The notes under the pieces were generated by a model. The model did no database searches. It had not been told where the DNA came from and saw only the letters and a list, made by a program, of their open reading frames with translations. This document shows positions 1 to 11,400 of a DNA stretch of 18,405 nt, one piece after another. A program made the translations under genes and the position numbers. Position 1 is the stretch's first letter. Every line of letters begins with the position of its first letter. This DNA is from Azolla caroliniana (Eukaryota > Plantae > Polypodiophyta), in contig JBHGNT010000653.1 of assembly GCA_043228905.1 (NCBI GenBank), forward strand, positions 1 through 18,405, read 5' to 3'.

Positions 1-68
1 TATCATTAGTTATTACAATGTATTCCTTGGTGATCAGTTGACTCAGTACCATGGTTGTTTATGTACAC

Positions 69-772
69 GTATTTAACGTTTAAATATGTATAGTACCTCA
101 TAATTTGTATAGTATGTATTATACCTTAATGTTGTTCAGTCAAACATCATGTACATTTGTCCAATATGGTATTTAACGTACATTTGAAAAGTAGGTATAA
201 TACGTATTTATAAAAAAATGTAAGTAAAACCTCAACAAAAGGCAAAAGAAAAAAAAGATTTTAGTGAAAAAAAAGCAAAAAGATGGAAGAAAGAAGAACA
301 GAAGAGACGACGACGAAGAAGAAGTCGAAGAAGAAAAAGAGAGAAAAGAAGACAAAAACCTGTCCTAACTTTGAGTGTGATAATCACATAAGATACAAGA
401 TGAAGATGAAGAAGACAGAAACCTATTCTTAGTGTGATAATCATAGACAATTCCTCAATCTATGAAGGCATAATCGTAAATAATTACAATTTGAAATAGA
501 ACATCATGATACACACTTACACTGATTTATAGAATAAGTGAATGTCGACATCCATATTATAAGTATTTTAGGATGTGAAATGTTCAAATGTCTTATATGC
601 GTTTTAGGATGTAGAACTATAATGTACATCACAAAATTGTGTAAACATAGATGCTTTTTATAATATTATAAATATTGTTTAGAAAGGTAAATAATTTTCA
701 AATTCTAGAAGTATTTAACGTACTATACGTATTTTATAAGTATTTAACATATTAAAAAATGTATTTAACGTA
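69..772 (+). repeat. Dispersed GTATTTAACGTA motif, possibly subterminal repeats of a non-autonomous DNA transposon split by the gypsy insertion
   Basis: Copies at 69, 169, 711, 740 (degenerate) and 761. A variant (GTATCTAACGTAC) resumes at 5487, just past the gypsy 3' end. Confidence 0.5.
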
Positions 773-802
773 TTTTTAAATTGGGAGGCACTATACGCAT
801 AT

Positions 803-963
803 TGTGGCGATCACATGGACCACACCCAAATTAGGCCCCTACCAAGCCCCCATAATTAGAAGAGCTAATTGGAGCGGGAGAACCCCCTCCACGCTAAGAG
901 TAGTCTATAAAATATAACTTGGAACGTAATTGAAAAGGAGGCTATTCTTGAGAGCATTTCACA
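803..963 (+). repeat. 5' LTR of the gypsy element
   Basis: TGTGGCG...TTTCACA; 8 substitutions in 161 bp versus 5286-5446 (~95% identity, counted by eye); internal TATAAAA near 906-912. Confidence 0.95.
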
Positions 964-966
964 TCT

Positions 967-981
967 TGGTGGAGAAGCGGG
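967..981 (+). other. Primer binding site (tRNA-Ala-like)
   Basis: TGGTGGAGAAGCGGG, 3 nt after the LTR; resembles the complement of the eukaryotic tRNA-Ala 3' end (TGGTGGAGATGCGGG). Confidence 0.7.
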
Positions 982-1020
982 AAAAGCAACCCTAACTCAC
1001 GACCCTAACAACACGCCACG

Positions 1021-1973
1021 ATGCAACACGACATCAACGGCGGCAACGCAAACTCAATGAATCCGGAATTCCTACAACAACAAACTCAAGAACATTAGCC
1101 AACATCGCCAATCGACCAACTGGTTCAAGCCTTGTCCAACATTATTTTACAAGTTAACCATACTAACCAAGCCATGTTGTCATTTTTTTCAGCACGATCC
1201 GAGCCACAACAAAATCTCCCGGACCCTCGAGTTCGCCCAAAACCATTCTCCGGCCTACCATCGGAAGATGTCCTCTCTTGGCTGGATCATTTCGAAATGG
1301 TGGCTAGTTACCACCAGTGGCCACACCCCTGGAAGGAAATGGAAATGAAGACACTCCTCGAGAATATCGCAGCAACATGGCTCGTCCAACAACCCGAAGA
1401 GACACGTAACAACTGGGATCTGTTAGGGGCATCCATGATTCAGAATTTTGCTCATCAAGACTCCCGCTAGATGGCCCTACAACAAGTCAGTTAATTGCCC
1501 AACAACCACGCGAACCCATCACCCAGTTCGTGGTTCGGTTTGTGCAGATCCTACGCCGGCCGAGCTCACGCCAACATGTCGGAAGACATGTTGTTTTTTT
1601 CTGGTCGCGTATTCGACGTGATCTTTGTCGCCGTGTACACAATCAAGGCCTGGCGACACTACACGAAGCCATCCTCACCGCCCAACACATCGAAGATGCA
1701 GACGCGCACGACATGCACGCACCAGGTAATCTTAGTCATGATCATACAAACACTATGCCAGCCGCCACTCCCATGGACATCGATGTCCAAAACGCGCAAT
1801 TACGCGCCAAGTGTGCATTGCCCGAACAAGACAGCCAGGGATGCCCCAAATGTTTCTACTGCAACAACTATGGCCACATTTGGTGTCACTGTCGAAAGTG
1901 GCAAAATCACCAACAGAAGTAGAACATCCAATTAGCCGACGCTGCCTCCCTCTCTGAACTCTCGGAAAACTAA
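1021..1973 (+). pseudogene. gag: gag (retrotransposon capsid domain plus CCHC zinc knuckle), disrupted
   Basis: PKPFSGLPSEDVLSWLDHFE capsid-like motif; knuckle CFYCNNYGHIWCHC; TAG stops at 1096, 1468 and 1920; frameshift near 1500; likely natural end ...LSEN-TAA at 1971-1973. Confidence 0.85.
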
Positions 1974-4900
1974 TGCGCGAGGTGCCGCAAGGAGAGCCGC
2001 CCCCACACGTCCATGCCTCCACGTCATCAACTTCTCCCGTTTATAGCACGATCGAGCCGACCACGCATGTCCACACCTCCACGTCATCAACTTTGCCTGT
2101 TTGTACCACAATCGCCCGCCTCCAGCACACGACCCAAGAAGTTCTCCTCTACTCCGACAACAACATCTCTTCCATCAACGCAGATTTTGTCACCCAATTA
2201 CAACTTCCCACGAGCCAGGCACCGCCCATTAAAATCCTCTTTGGTGACCAACAACGGTTGTACCACTCACATACGCAAGTCATGTGCATGCTCACCATCA
2301 ATTGCGCCCAGATTCAACATTGTTTCTACGTCCTCCCACACTAGTTGTTCCCAATCACCCTGGGTTGTGATTGGTTCCTCCATTGTCGAGCCTGTCTCGA
2401 TTTGTCCTCACAACAGCTCATCCTCCCCAATCACCTTCCGATTGCGCTCTTCACTACTCCGCGAGATACCACCCACATCAGCAACACACAGTACTTGGTA
2501 TCACCGATAGAGCGCATCCACGACATCCGACGGCTCCTAGCCACCTTTCCCTCGTTGTCTACACCACCTGCAAAACCTCCCTCGGTCCGTTTTCCGATCC
2601 ACCACACGATTCCTACAGGCAACGCCCGCTCCATTAGCGCAGCTCCCCGACGTCGCTCGCCTCTCGACCACGAGCGCATGGACAACGCCATCCAAACTAT
2701 GCTACAATAGGGGATTATCACACCTTCCAGGAGCAAGTGGATCTTAGAGCCACACATGGTAAAGAAAGGGGATGGTTCTTACCATTTTTGTGTCGACTTC
2801 TGACAACTAAACCATGTCACCACCCATGACCAATATCCTCTCCCTTGTATCGACGACCTCCTCGACCAGCTCGACAAATCAAAGTACTTCATCTCCCTCG
2901 ATTTGGCCTCGGGATATTGGCAGATCCCTATGAATCCTAAAGATGCCCAGAAAATTGCTTTCCGCGCTAGGAAAGACATTTTTTAGTTCACATAGATGCC
3001 CTTCGGCCTATCCGATGTTGGGGGCACATTCCAGCGAATGGCTAACACCATCTTCGATGATCTCATCACCCGCCACGTCGTCATCGTCCATCTAGACGAT
3101 ATTCTGATACATACAAGCACTTGGGCAGAACACCTTCAAGTCCTTCGGGAGGTCCTAACTTGTGTTCAATGCTATCGATTGCAGCTGCAATGGAAGAAGT
3201 GTCGATGGGGTAGTACGTGCCTCCACTTCCTCGGGTACGTCATCTCCTCTGACGGAGTACCGATGGACCCAGAGAAGACGGAAGCAGTCCAAAAATTCCC
3301 ACGCCCCACCATAGTCAAGCTACTTCAACGCTTCCTCGGCCTCCTTACGTTCTCTCTCCGCCTCATCCCACAGCTAGCCGACCTGTCAGCCCCACTACAC
3401 GCGCTCCTACAAAAGGATGCACCCTTCCTATGGACCGAAGCCTGTGAATCAAGCTTCCTGGAGCTCAAGTGAACACTCCAAGCCTCTGACCTCCTGGCCC
3501 ACCCTGATTTCACGAAGCCTTTCCATCTGCAGACGAATGTCTCCAATGTCGGCCTTGGTGCGGTCCTGCTCCAATCCGACGACAACGACCAACTCCGCCC
3601 GATTGCCTACATAAGTCAGTCACTTACCAAAGCCGAACAAAATTACATGACAACCGAAAAAGAGTTGCTCACCATCGTCTGGGCATTCCATCATTTCCAC
3701 CCATACTTACATGGATCAAATACATCAGTCGAAACCGATCATCAGCCATTGCTCTCCCCCATAAAGAAGGTTCATCCACCCGGTCGCTCCGTTGGGCTTT
3801 GGCGCTACAGGACTACACATTCACTCTGCGCTATCGCCGTGGCCCCCAGAACATCGTCGCCGATGGATTATCCCGCATATCCTTTCAAGAGAACCAGATC
3901 GCCTCTAACACAATCAATTTCCCCATATCCTCGTCCCAAATGGCCAACATGCAACAACACGACAAAAAAATCCAAGCCATCTACCACCGCCTACAAGCCG
4001 AGCCCACATCATCCCTCACCAAGCAATTCATGATCTAGGATAATGTCCTGCTTTTTTTCCAAGTAGGCAAGGAACCCCGGCCCGGGTCTATGTGCCTGAG
4101 CAACTGCGCCTATCTTACCTTCGTTTCTTCCACGATCACATGTTGTCCGGCCACTTGGGTTTTCATAAGGTGCTAGATAAAATCCGTTGCAAATTCTATT
4201 GGCCGGGGCTACGCCACGAGGTCGCCTCCTACATCAAAGCATGCAACTTATGACAAGCCATCAAATCACCTCAAGTGGCCCAAGGCCTCTTACATCCGAT
4301 ACAAGTTCACGCTCCATTTGAAATCATCGGATGGGACACTATGGGCACCTTTCCCGAGTCACAAGAAGGGAACAAATTCATCCTTGTCATAATCGAGTAC
4401 TTGACGCGTTGGGTTGAGATGACCGCTATCCCAGATGCGAAGGCTATGACCATCGCCTCCAAACTATTGGAGAAAATCATCTTCCCCCACGGTTGGCCAC
4501 TCCAAATCTTGTCCGATCGAGAACCCCAGTTTAACAGCGAGCTCCTACGCCTCATTTCTACACAATTAGGGATCCAACAATTATTCACATCACCCTACCA
4601 TCCGCAGACGAATGGATTGACGGAGCGCCTCAATCAAACCTTAAAACAACAAATCTCGGCCTACATCGATCCATTGCACTCGACCTGGGACCGGATCTTG
4701 CCCTTCGTTACACATGCCTACAACACAACTGTGCAAGCCTCCACCCGCATTAGCCCATTTCGGGCCCTTTACGGAAGGGACCCGCGCTTACCCCTAGAAG
4801 TGGCAGTCCCGCAACCAATCACATGACTCCACTCTGACGTAGTGTCCCAGTGGTCCCACCTGCAACAACTCCAGCCTCTCCTCCGCAAAGCCATCACAAG

Positions 4901-5264
4901 CAACCTGCACCAAGCACAGCTACACCAAAAACGACAACACGATGCAGGCCGCGACGACCATCAATACCACGTCGGTGACAAAGTCCTCGTCTATTTCCCC
5001 ATCCGTCGTTGCGGCCTCAACGACTCTCTCATGCACCGATGGATGAATCCCTTCGAAGTTCAAAAGCAAATACACAACACTACACATTTGCTCCGTCGTG
5101 CCTCCAACAACCACTCTACCTTTGCCCACCAGTCTCGCATGAAGCCCGTCCATCAGCTACCATCACCCCCGCCCGCACCCACGCCCACACCCACGCCCAC
5201 GCCCGTGTCATCCCCCATCCTAGAACCGTCGTCCACGCCCCATCACGATCCAACCGCACAATAA
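1973..5264 (+). pseudogene. pol: pol (protease, reverse transcriptase, RNase H, integrase), disrupted
   Basis: Decayed protease (VLLYSDNNIS; ITLGCDW). RT motifs YPLPCIDDLLDQL, LDLASGYWQI, MPFGL, HLDDILI. RNase H TEKELL/ETDHQPL. Integrase HDHMLSGHLG, ILSDREPQF, SPYHPQTNGLTER. Pro-Thr-rich tail. Multiple stops and frameshifts. Confidence 0.93.
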
Positions 5265-5275
5265 CTTCTTTTTAC

Positions 5276-5284
5276 AAGGGGGAA
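5276..5284 (+). other. Polypurine tract of the gypsy element
   Basis: AAGGGGGAA, one base before the 3' LTR. Confidence 0.8.
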
Positions 5285-5285
5285 C

Positions 5286-5446
5286 TGTGGCGGTCACATG
5301 GACCACACCCAAATTAGGTCCCTACCAAGGCCCCATAATTAGAAGAGCTAATTGGAGCGGGAGAACACCCTCCATGCTAAGAGTAGTCTATAAAATGTAA
5401 CTTGGAACGTAATGGAAAATGAGGCTATTCTTGAGAGCATTTCACA
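5286..5446 (+). repeat. 3' LTR of the gypsy element, followed by a 16-bp duplication of its end (5447-5462)
   Basis: Matches 803-963; TCTTGAGCATTTCACA is repeated before the ATAT TSD. Confidence 0.93.
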
Positions 5447-5486
5447 TCTTGAGCATTTCACAATATTAATACGTTATATACGTACC

Positions 5487-5511
5487 GTATCTAACGTACC
5501 TAACAACCTTG
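5487..5511. mobile_element. Possible right terminus (TIR) of a hAT-like non-autonomous element
   Basis: Minus strand reads CAAGGTTGTTAGGTACGTTAGATAC, a CA-initiated end next to the TACG-rich repeats. The partner end is not in the window. Confidence 0.3.
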
Positions 5512-5709
5512 CTCAATATTGAATATTTAGTACCGAAGGTCTTAAATGTCCACTTGATTCCTTACTGATATTATTTGTAATATTGGACTCATGTTATAAT
5601 ATGTACTCTTGTAATATGAATGTTGTGGTTTCAAGCAACACCAACCAGGGAAGGTAATTGACCAACCAGCCCCCCCACTACTACGTACAGAGTTTGCTGC
5701 AAATTCTAA

Positions 5710-7318
5710 CGTCCACGGTTGTTCCTTAGTGGTAATTGATGAAATTTATGATGAAGATGAATGTATGAGAAGGGCAATTGGATCAATTGAAGAGTTGTTG
5801 CTTCAAACAAATTCTCCTAGCTCAGCTCACCCTAACTGTGTGAACAGTAATGCTAATTGTGTGTGAAATTCTAATATATGAAATGTTGGTATACTTCTAA
5901 TATTTTATGTTTTTATCAAAGAGCCTACGAAGAAGCGTAATGCTGCAAAGAAATTGTATGGAAAGTGGAAGAAATGCAGAGTTGATTGAAATTCTCACAA
6001 ACTTTGAGAGTTGTAAAGTTAAAGAGCAAGACTAATACCAGGTACTTTTGTTTTTAGACAAGGAAGAAACAATTAATGAAAATGGAGATACCGATTCAGA
6101 GTCACAACATGAAAAAGAATTTATCTCACTCCTAAGTACATGTTGGGAACCCTCTCATCTAAGAGTTATTTTGACCACATCACCCTAGTGACAATAATGG
6201 TATTGGTGTATTAATATATAGAAAGTGTTGTGAAATCTTGGCATGATGAAGAGCAATAATGACGAGTGTGATGCCAATGCAAACTAGGTCTTGCAACACA
6301 TGACAAACACAATCATCTGCAAAGACTCATCTACAAAAGAACAGGATGAAGATGTAACATTAGGTAAACGTTTGTGCCTTAACCTTGTATGTTAATTGAT
6401 ATGGCTGGGTGCCTTCACTTTTTAAGAATGTGAATTGATATTGTTCTTGTATCCCTCTACGTTACTTAGGAGTAGAAGAACATGTAGATTCTCAAATGAG
6501 TTCAGATGATTCAGGCACATTGTGGAGCAATCTTGATGATTCAGGCTCAGACGCTACCACACATGAGGAATGTGAAATCACCCAAAAAGAGGACACGGAG
6601 TGGACAAAGAACGAGGTGACAAGCGACTTATACGAGGAGTCTGCAGGGAATGTGAATTTGACCCAAGAGGAGGAGCATGGTTGTACAATGAATAAGGAGA
6701 TTGTAGCAACCACCCAAGAAGTGGAACTGGGTTGTACTACGAATGAGGTGTGTGTCCAGAACAACGTAAGTAGACTTAACCTGGGGCAAGACTGTATGGC
6801 CCTTGAGATTGTAGCAACCACCCAAGAAGAGGAACAAGGTTGTACTATGAATGGGGTGTCTTACCAAAACACCGCAAGTAGCTTGCACTTGGAGCAAGAC
6901 TCTACAAAGATCCAGGTGTCTAACATCATCAACGAGGATTTTGCAATGAAGACAGCAACCACCCAAGAAGAGGAACAAGTTTGTACTACGAATAAAGTGT
7001 TAGTGTAGAACACCAGTTCAACCCATGAAAAGGAGCAACACCAATTGAAGAGCGAGGTGCCCAATGACTTCTAGGATATTAATGCTAATACTATTGAAAC
7101 ACGTTCGCGTTCACAAGTGGAAGGATTGCGCATTCCACTTGTAGAATCTTCTTAAAACGAAGAAAATACACCCTCTCTACAATAATTGGATACACTAGTA
7201 TCACATGTTCCTCAACTTGATAAGAATTTGCAAATATAAAAATACATGATAGATCTACGAGTGGAGATCAGTAGAAATCATGCAAGTTTAGACATGTTGA
7301 TAAGTTAATGTATCTAAA
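5710..7318 (+). pseudogene. Decayed spliced gene for an acidic low-complexity protein with TTQEEEQGCTxNEV repeats; function unknown
   Basis: Exon-like segments at ~5710-5846, ~5922-6363 and ~6470-7318 with GT...AG introns; ORF 6496-7008; repeat units near 6661, 6712, 6820, 6961 and 7021; stops consistent with C-to-T changes in CGA/CAA/CAG. Confidence 0.45.
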
Positions 7319-7465
7319 TAAAGTTCAACTATGGCTCAATATGGCACTATTGTGCGACAAGGGAAACACTAACTTAAAGACTTATATTAATTAGGTAGGT
7401 TTTACAAAAATATGAGGTGTACTTGTATCCATACTAATAAAATGAGATATAATTTATACTTTGAC

Positions 7466-7751
7466 CCATATGTGCATGTATGTAATTGGGGAAAATGTAG
7501 GATAGTGCACATTAGGATAAGTGATTGGAATAACTAACTTATTAAAGTATTCAATACTTATATTAAAAGTTGATCTAATCTATTCCTCAGTTTGTTCATA
7601 TGGGATCAAACCATATGTGTATATAATTGTGCACAATGTAAGGCAGTGAACTTTAGGATAATGTCGTGGAAATAACAAACCTATTAGGCTTTCATACCTG
7701 TATTTAAAATTGATCTACTCTATTGCTTAGGTGATTCACACAAGATCAAAC
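7466..7751. repeat. Diverged tandem duplication, ~143-bp unit x2
   Basis: CCATATGTG...TTAGGATAA...TTGATCTA.TCTATT...GATCAAAC occurs at ~7466-7610 and ~7611-7751. Confidence 0.75.
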
Positions 7752-8144
7752 TCCGAACGATAACGCAACTGGAACCATTATCAACACACTACACAATCTA
7801 AGCAGCAATGGAATAGACACATAATAGTTTTAACAATATAAGACAAAGATCCATAATAACAACATGGACAGTCATGGCAATAATTATAGGGCCATGTTCT
7901 GTTAAGGTTAGCTTAGACCAAAATCAGCCTCCATTTAAGCTAGTTCATGTTTCTCCATAAGTTTGGTAGTCAGCTATGCACGCGGTGAAACCAATATCAT
8001 AAATCTACTAATGAAGTATATAAAAATAAAATTGAAACATATAGATGATTATAAAGAATAGAATCCACTAGGTAAAACCCAAAATTTGTATTAATAATAT
8101 GAAATCTTAACAAATCGTCAGTGTCATATTCTTTATATAGTCTA

Positions 8145-8497
8145 TTACATAGCAATCAATTCATCAACGTCATTTTCTTCATCATCTTGTGTAGAACTGT
8201 CTTCGGCTATACGTGCATTGGTTTCCCCTGTTAGCCGGGCCAACGAAATATCTTCTATAAGCTCATCATCAAGCTCTATTAGCTCCCCCGGTTCGCCGGC
8301 TAACGGAGGAATAGGCTCTCGCGAAGCGGGTTGAAACCTTTCTGTATTGGCGAGGTTCTTTGCACCGACCTCCTCATCCTGGTCTGGGCACTCCCACAAA
8401 GCCTTAATCCGCATATTAATAAATATAACTTGGTCCTCGTCCTTCTCCAATGCAACTGTATTTCTGAACAGCTTCAATGCACATGCTGACGTAGTTC
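8145..8497 (-). CDS. Exon 6: end of the SAM-binding region and acidic tail
   Basis: Acceptor catag|GA; GTTSACALKLFRNTVALEKDEDQVIFINMRI; stop TAA at 8147-8145. Confidence 0.85.
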
Positions 8498-11400
8498 CTA
8501 TGATGTAAGTAACAAGAAGATTTAGTTGTCAAACGAAAGAAAGTGATTGGTTATCTCAAGATCGTTACCCTAGTTCGAGGAATACCTGTGCCAGAAAAGA
8601 GATCTAATATCCAGTCTCCTTCGACAGAAAACATCTCGATCAAGCGCATCATAAGTCGTTGAGGTTTTTGGTATGGGTTGACAAGTCCCCGTTCTGTCGT
8701 GGTGACATGTCGCAATTTCCGAGTCACTGCTGGATATACCAACAGATTTGAACCTCCCACTTCATTAGAATGCTCTTTGATTCTCTGTTTTTTAATTTCG
8801 TCGAAGTAGCCAACCGTTATGTATTCAATGGCATTAACGAACCGAAAAGTTGGCCTTCTATTTACATTGGTCTTGATCCTATAAAAAATAATTCATCGAG
8901 TTAAGAATAGATTCAACAACCTTAAGAATTGCAATATAATGAAAGACACCTATAAATAATACTTACCATGCAAGGTTCTCGATGCCATGGCAACGAGATC
9001 TCAAAGCTTGAGCTACCGAGTACCCTTGGTCCATACTATGAAAGACAACTATTCGCCACAAGGATGCGGTCGTTAGCTCAGCGAAATCCTTGACCATCTT
9101 CTCCAATTGTTTAAACCTAAACGGTTCATCGTCGTATGATGACCCAGCCATTCGAAATCCGTAAGGAATATCCGCAATCATTAGCGTATATTCCTTCTTT
9201 GGCACCTTCTGGATCAAGTCGATGACATCACCGCAAACCACATTGTAGTAAAGATCTCTCGTAATATCTTTTTTGTGGCTAAATTTTTTAAACGAGCCAT
9301 CTTCCTCCATTTCGTATGCCTTGACTAAGCGACGATCCTTTTCTTTTCTGGCTCGCTCGAGATGTGCAAGGAAGGATGTAGGGAAATCGTGTATATCCTT
9401 AACTTCTCCTTGTTTCTTGCCTCGACACGGTTTCTAATAGAAACAATAGGACATCAGGTATTATTATACAAGCTCTACATATGATGAAAGGGTAATGAAA
9501 AAACATCAATACTAACCCAATCCTTGAATGCAATAAAATACTCTGATAACGCCTTATACGAAGACGTTAGAGGATAATCCTCGGTCACTTGTTCCCAAGT
9601 TATACATCCAAGTTGTTTCATCATTACTTCTTGGATCTTCATGTACACCTTATGACTATAAAATTAGAAATCAAGATTAGAACTTTGAATTACACCAGAT
9701 AGACTACAATTTCAGTATTTGAAAGACTTACTTATTGAACTCGGTGACCATTTCTTCAAGGCTTAAATCTTTCGCCACAACCCTTGACAAAACCGACACA
9801 AGAAGCTGCTCGTCCTTAATACCTTGCATCGCTCTCCATAGAGACAGCTTCATGTCGTCTGCCGCTTCTTCAATTGTCAAGTCAATTTTCTTGGCGGCTT
9901 GTGACTTTAATTCTAGTTCAGGGTCAACCCTACATTTCTTTTGTCGTTGACCCTTTACCTCCTTATTCTCCCACATTGAGAAGATTTGATCTTGGAGGTC
10001 CCATACTTCTCCATCTCTAAACGCTAATTGAAACCAAGATTCATACTTTCGAAGACCATCGGACCTAACATTATCATCTACCACAATGCCGACTTCATGA
10101 AGACATTGACGTCGAAGGCCTGGATGTAACTTCACACCAAACTTTTGTTTCACATCTAAATACTCGTGGTGGAAGAACCGTATACGCTCAATAGACGACA
10201 TTTTCTGCCTATAGTCATTATCATTATTATGGTCCCATGCCAACAGCTTAGCCTCTTCGGTTGTGAGCCCAACATAAATTTTGCACTCGGCATACTTGAA
10301 GAAGAAAGTGGTTGGATGTTCTCTCACAAGTTGCCGACGTGCCTCTGCTGAATGCGATCCACCAATGACAAAATAATTATATTGATCATGCTTTCTGATA
10401 TCAAAATCTTCAATGGTTTCGCATTCTTCAGGATCCACCATAACAATAAAAGGCACCACTGTGGCATGAGGATTAATTTTCATTTTTTTCTTGAGATTTT
10501 GAACATGCATGCGATGAGGCTCTCTAATCTCAATTGGTCTTCGACCTGTTTTTTCATCAATAGGGGGCCGATGGATGTGTGTTATAGGCAAATTAAATAC
10601 TTGCCCTTTCCTGACCAGCTTCCGTTGCATTAACTCTCTCCTTATTTTATTCTGCTCGGATGACAAGACACCCGAGGCCAGCTCGGCTCCTGGCGTCCCC
10701 TTATTATCCTCTTCTTCATTTTCACTTGTCGAATCCGTATCCGACATTTTCGTTGTCTTCTTCTTGGCTGGTCTTGACTGGACTTTGGATACCTTTTTAG
10801 TGGCCTTCACGTGGGAGGGCTCTTCATCTCTTAGAGTTACATGGCCTTGTATATAAGGCCTCAAGGTAACAATCAGGTTTTGTGAGTTATCAAGTGCTTT
10901 TTTGAACACTTCAGGCCCACAAGATTCCTTTACTAAAAGGTCTTCTGAAAGGAACACTTTGCGTACCCCCTTGGAGCACTCTATCATTACCAGTATGTTG
11001 GCCGAATCTGCATCTTCGTAGTCAAATCGTAGAATTCGGCCATACATAAATGGAGTTTCTTTTCCTAGCTGCCCCTCACCCTTCTTCTTTGCTGTATACA
11101 ATACGACTTTTTTTCTTTGAGTCGACATATTGCATACACCATTCCTTGTCCGTTAGATCTCGGTCAGGAAGGTCTTCGCCTCCAGTAGCGGCGACAAGTT
11201 TCTTTTGGCTTACATCACTATGTGGCTGAGATTTTGTCTCTTCGTTAAAGAGAAGCTTTTTTCCTCTCTTCATGGTCTCCGGAGTTACCTTGGTCTGGGC
11301 TTCGATTGGAGAACCTTGTATGCGAAGCTTAATTTTCTTTACGGGTCGGTCTGACAGGTTCTCAAACGACCTATTTAAGAAAGTATATGCAAAAACATAA

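Larger units (their letters stand above)
803..5462 (+). mobile_element. Full-length degenerate Ty3/gypsy LTR retrotransposon (no chromodomain seen)
   Basis: Two 161-bp TG...CA LTRs, PBS and PPT. Domain order gag-PR-RT-RNaseH-IN. 4-bp TSD ATAT at 799-802 and 5463-5466. Many in-frame stops and frameshifts. Confidence 0.95.

Noticed and set aside
173-450. Minus-strand ORFs 173-355 and 232-450
   Set aside because: Artefacts of a purine-rich low-complexity tract and a short local duplication.
5150-5264. Chromodomain at the end of the gypsy integrase
   Set aside because: Only a Pro-Thr low-complexity tail follows the integrase C-terminal region.
9735-10856. Plus-strand ORFs within exon 2 of the methylase gene, and similar antisense ORFs over gypsy pol and the transposase
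   Set aside because: Shadow frames of real coding sequence with no recognisable motifs.
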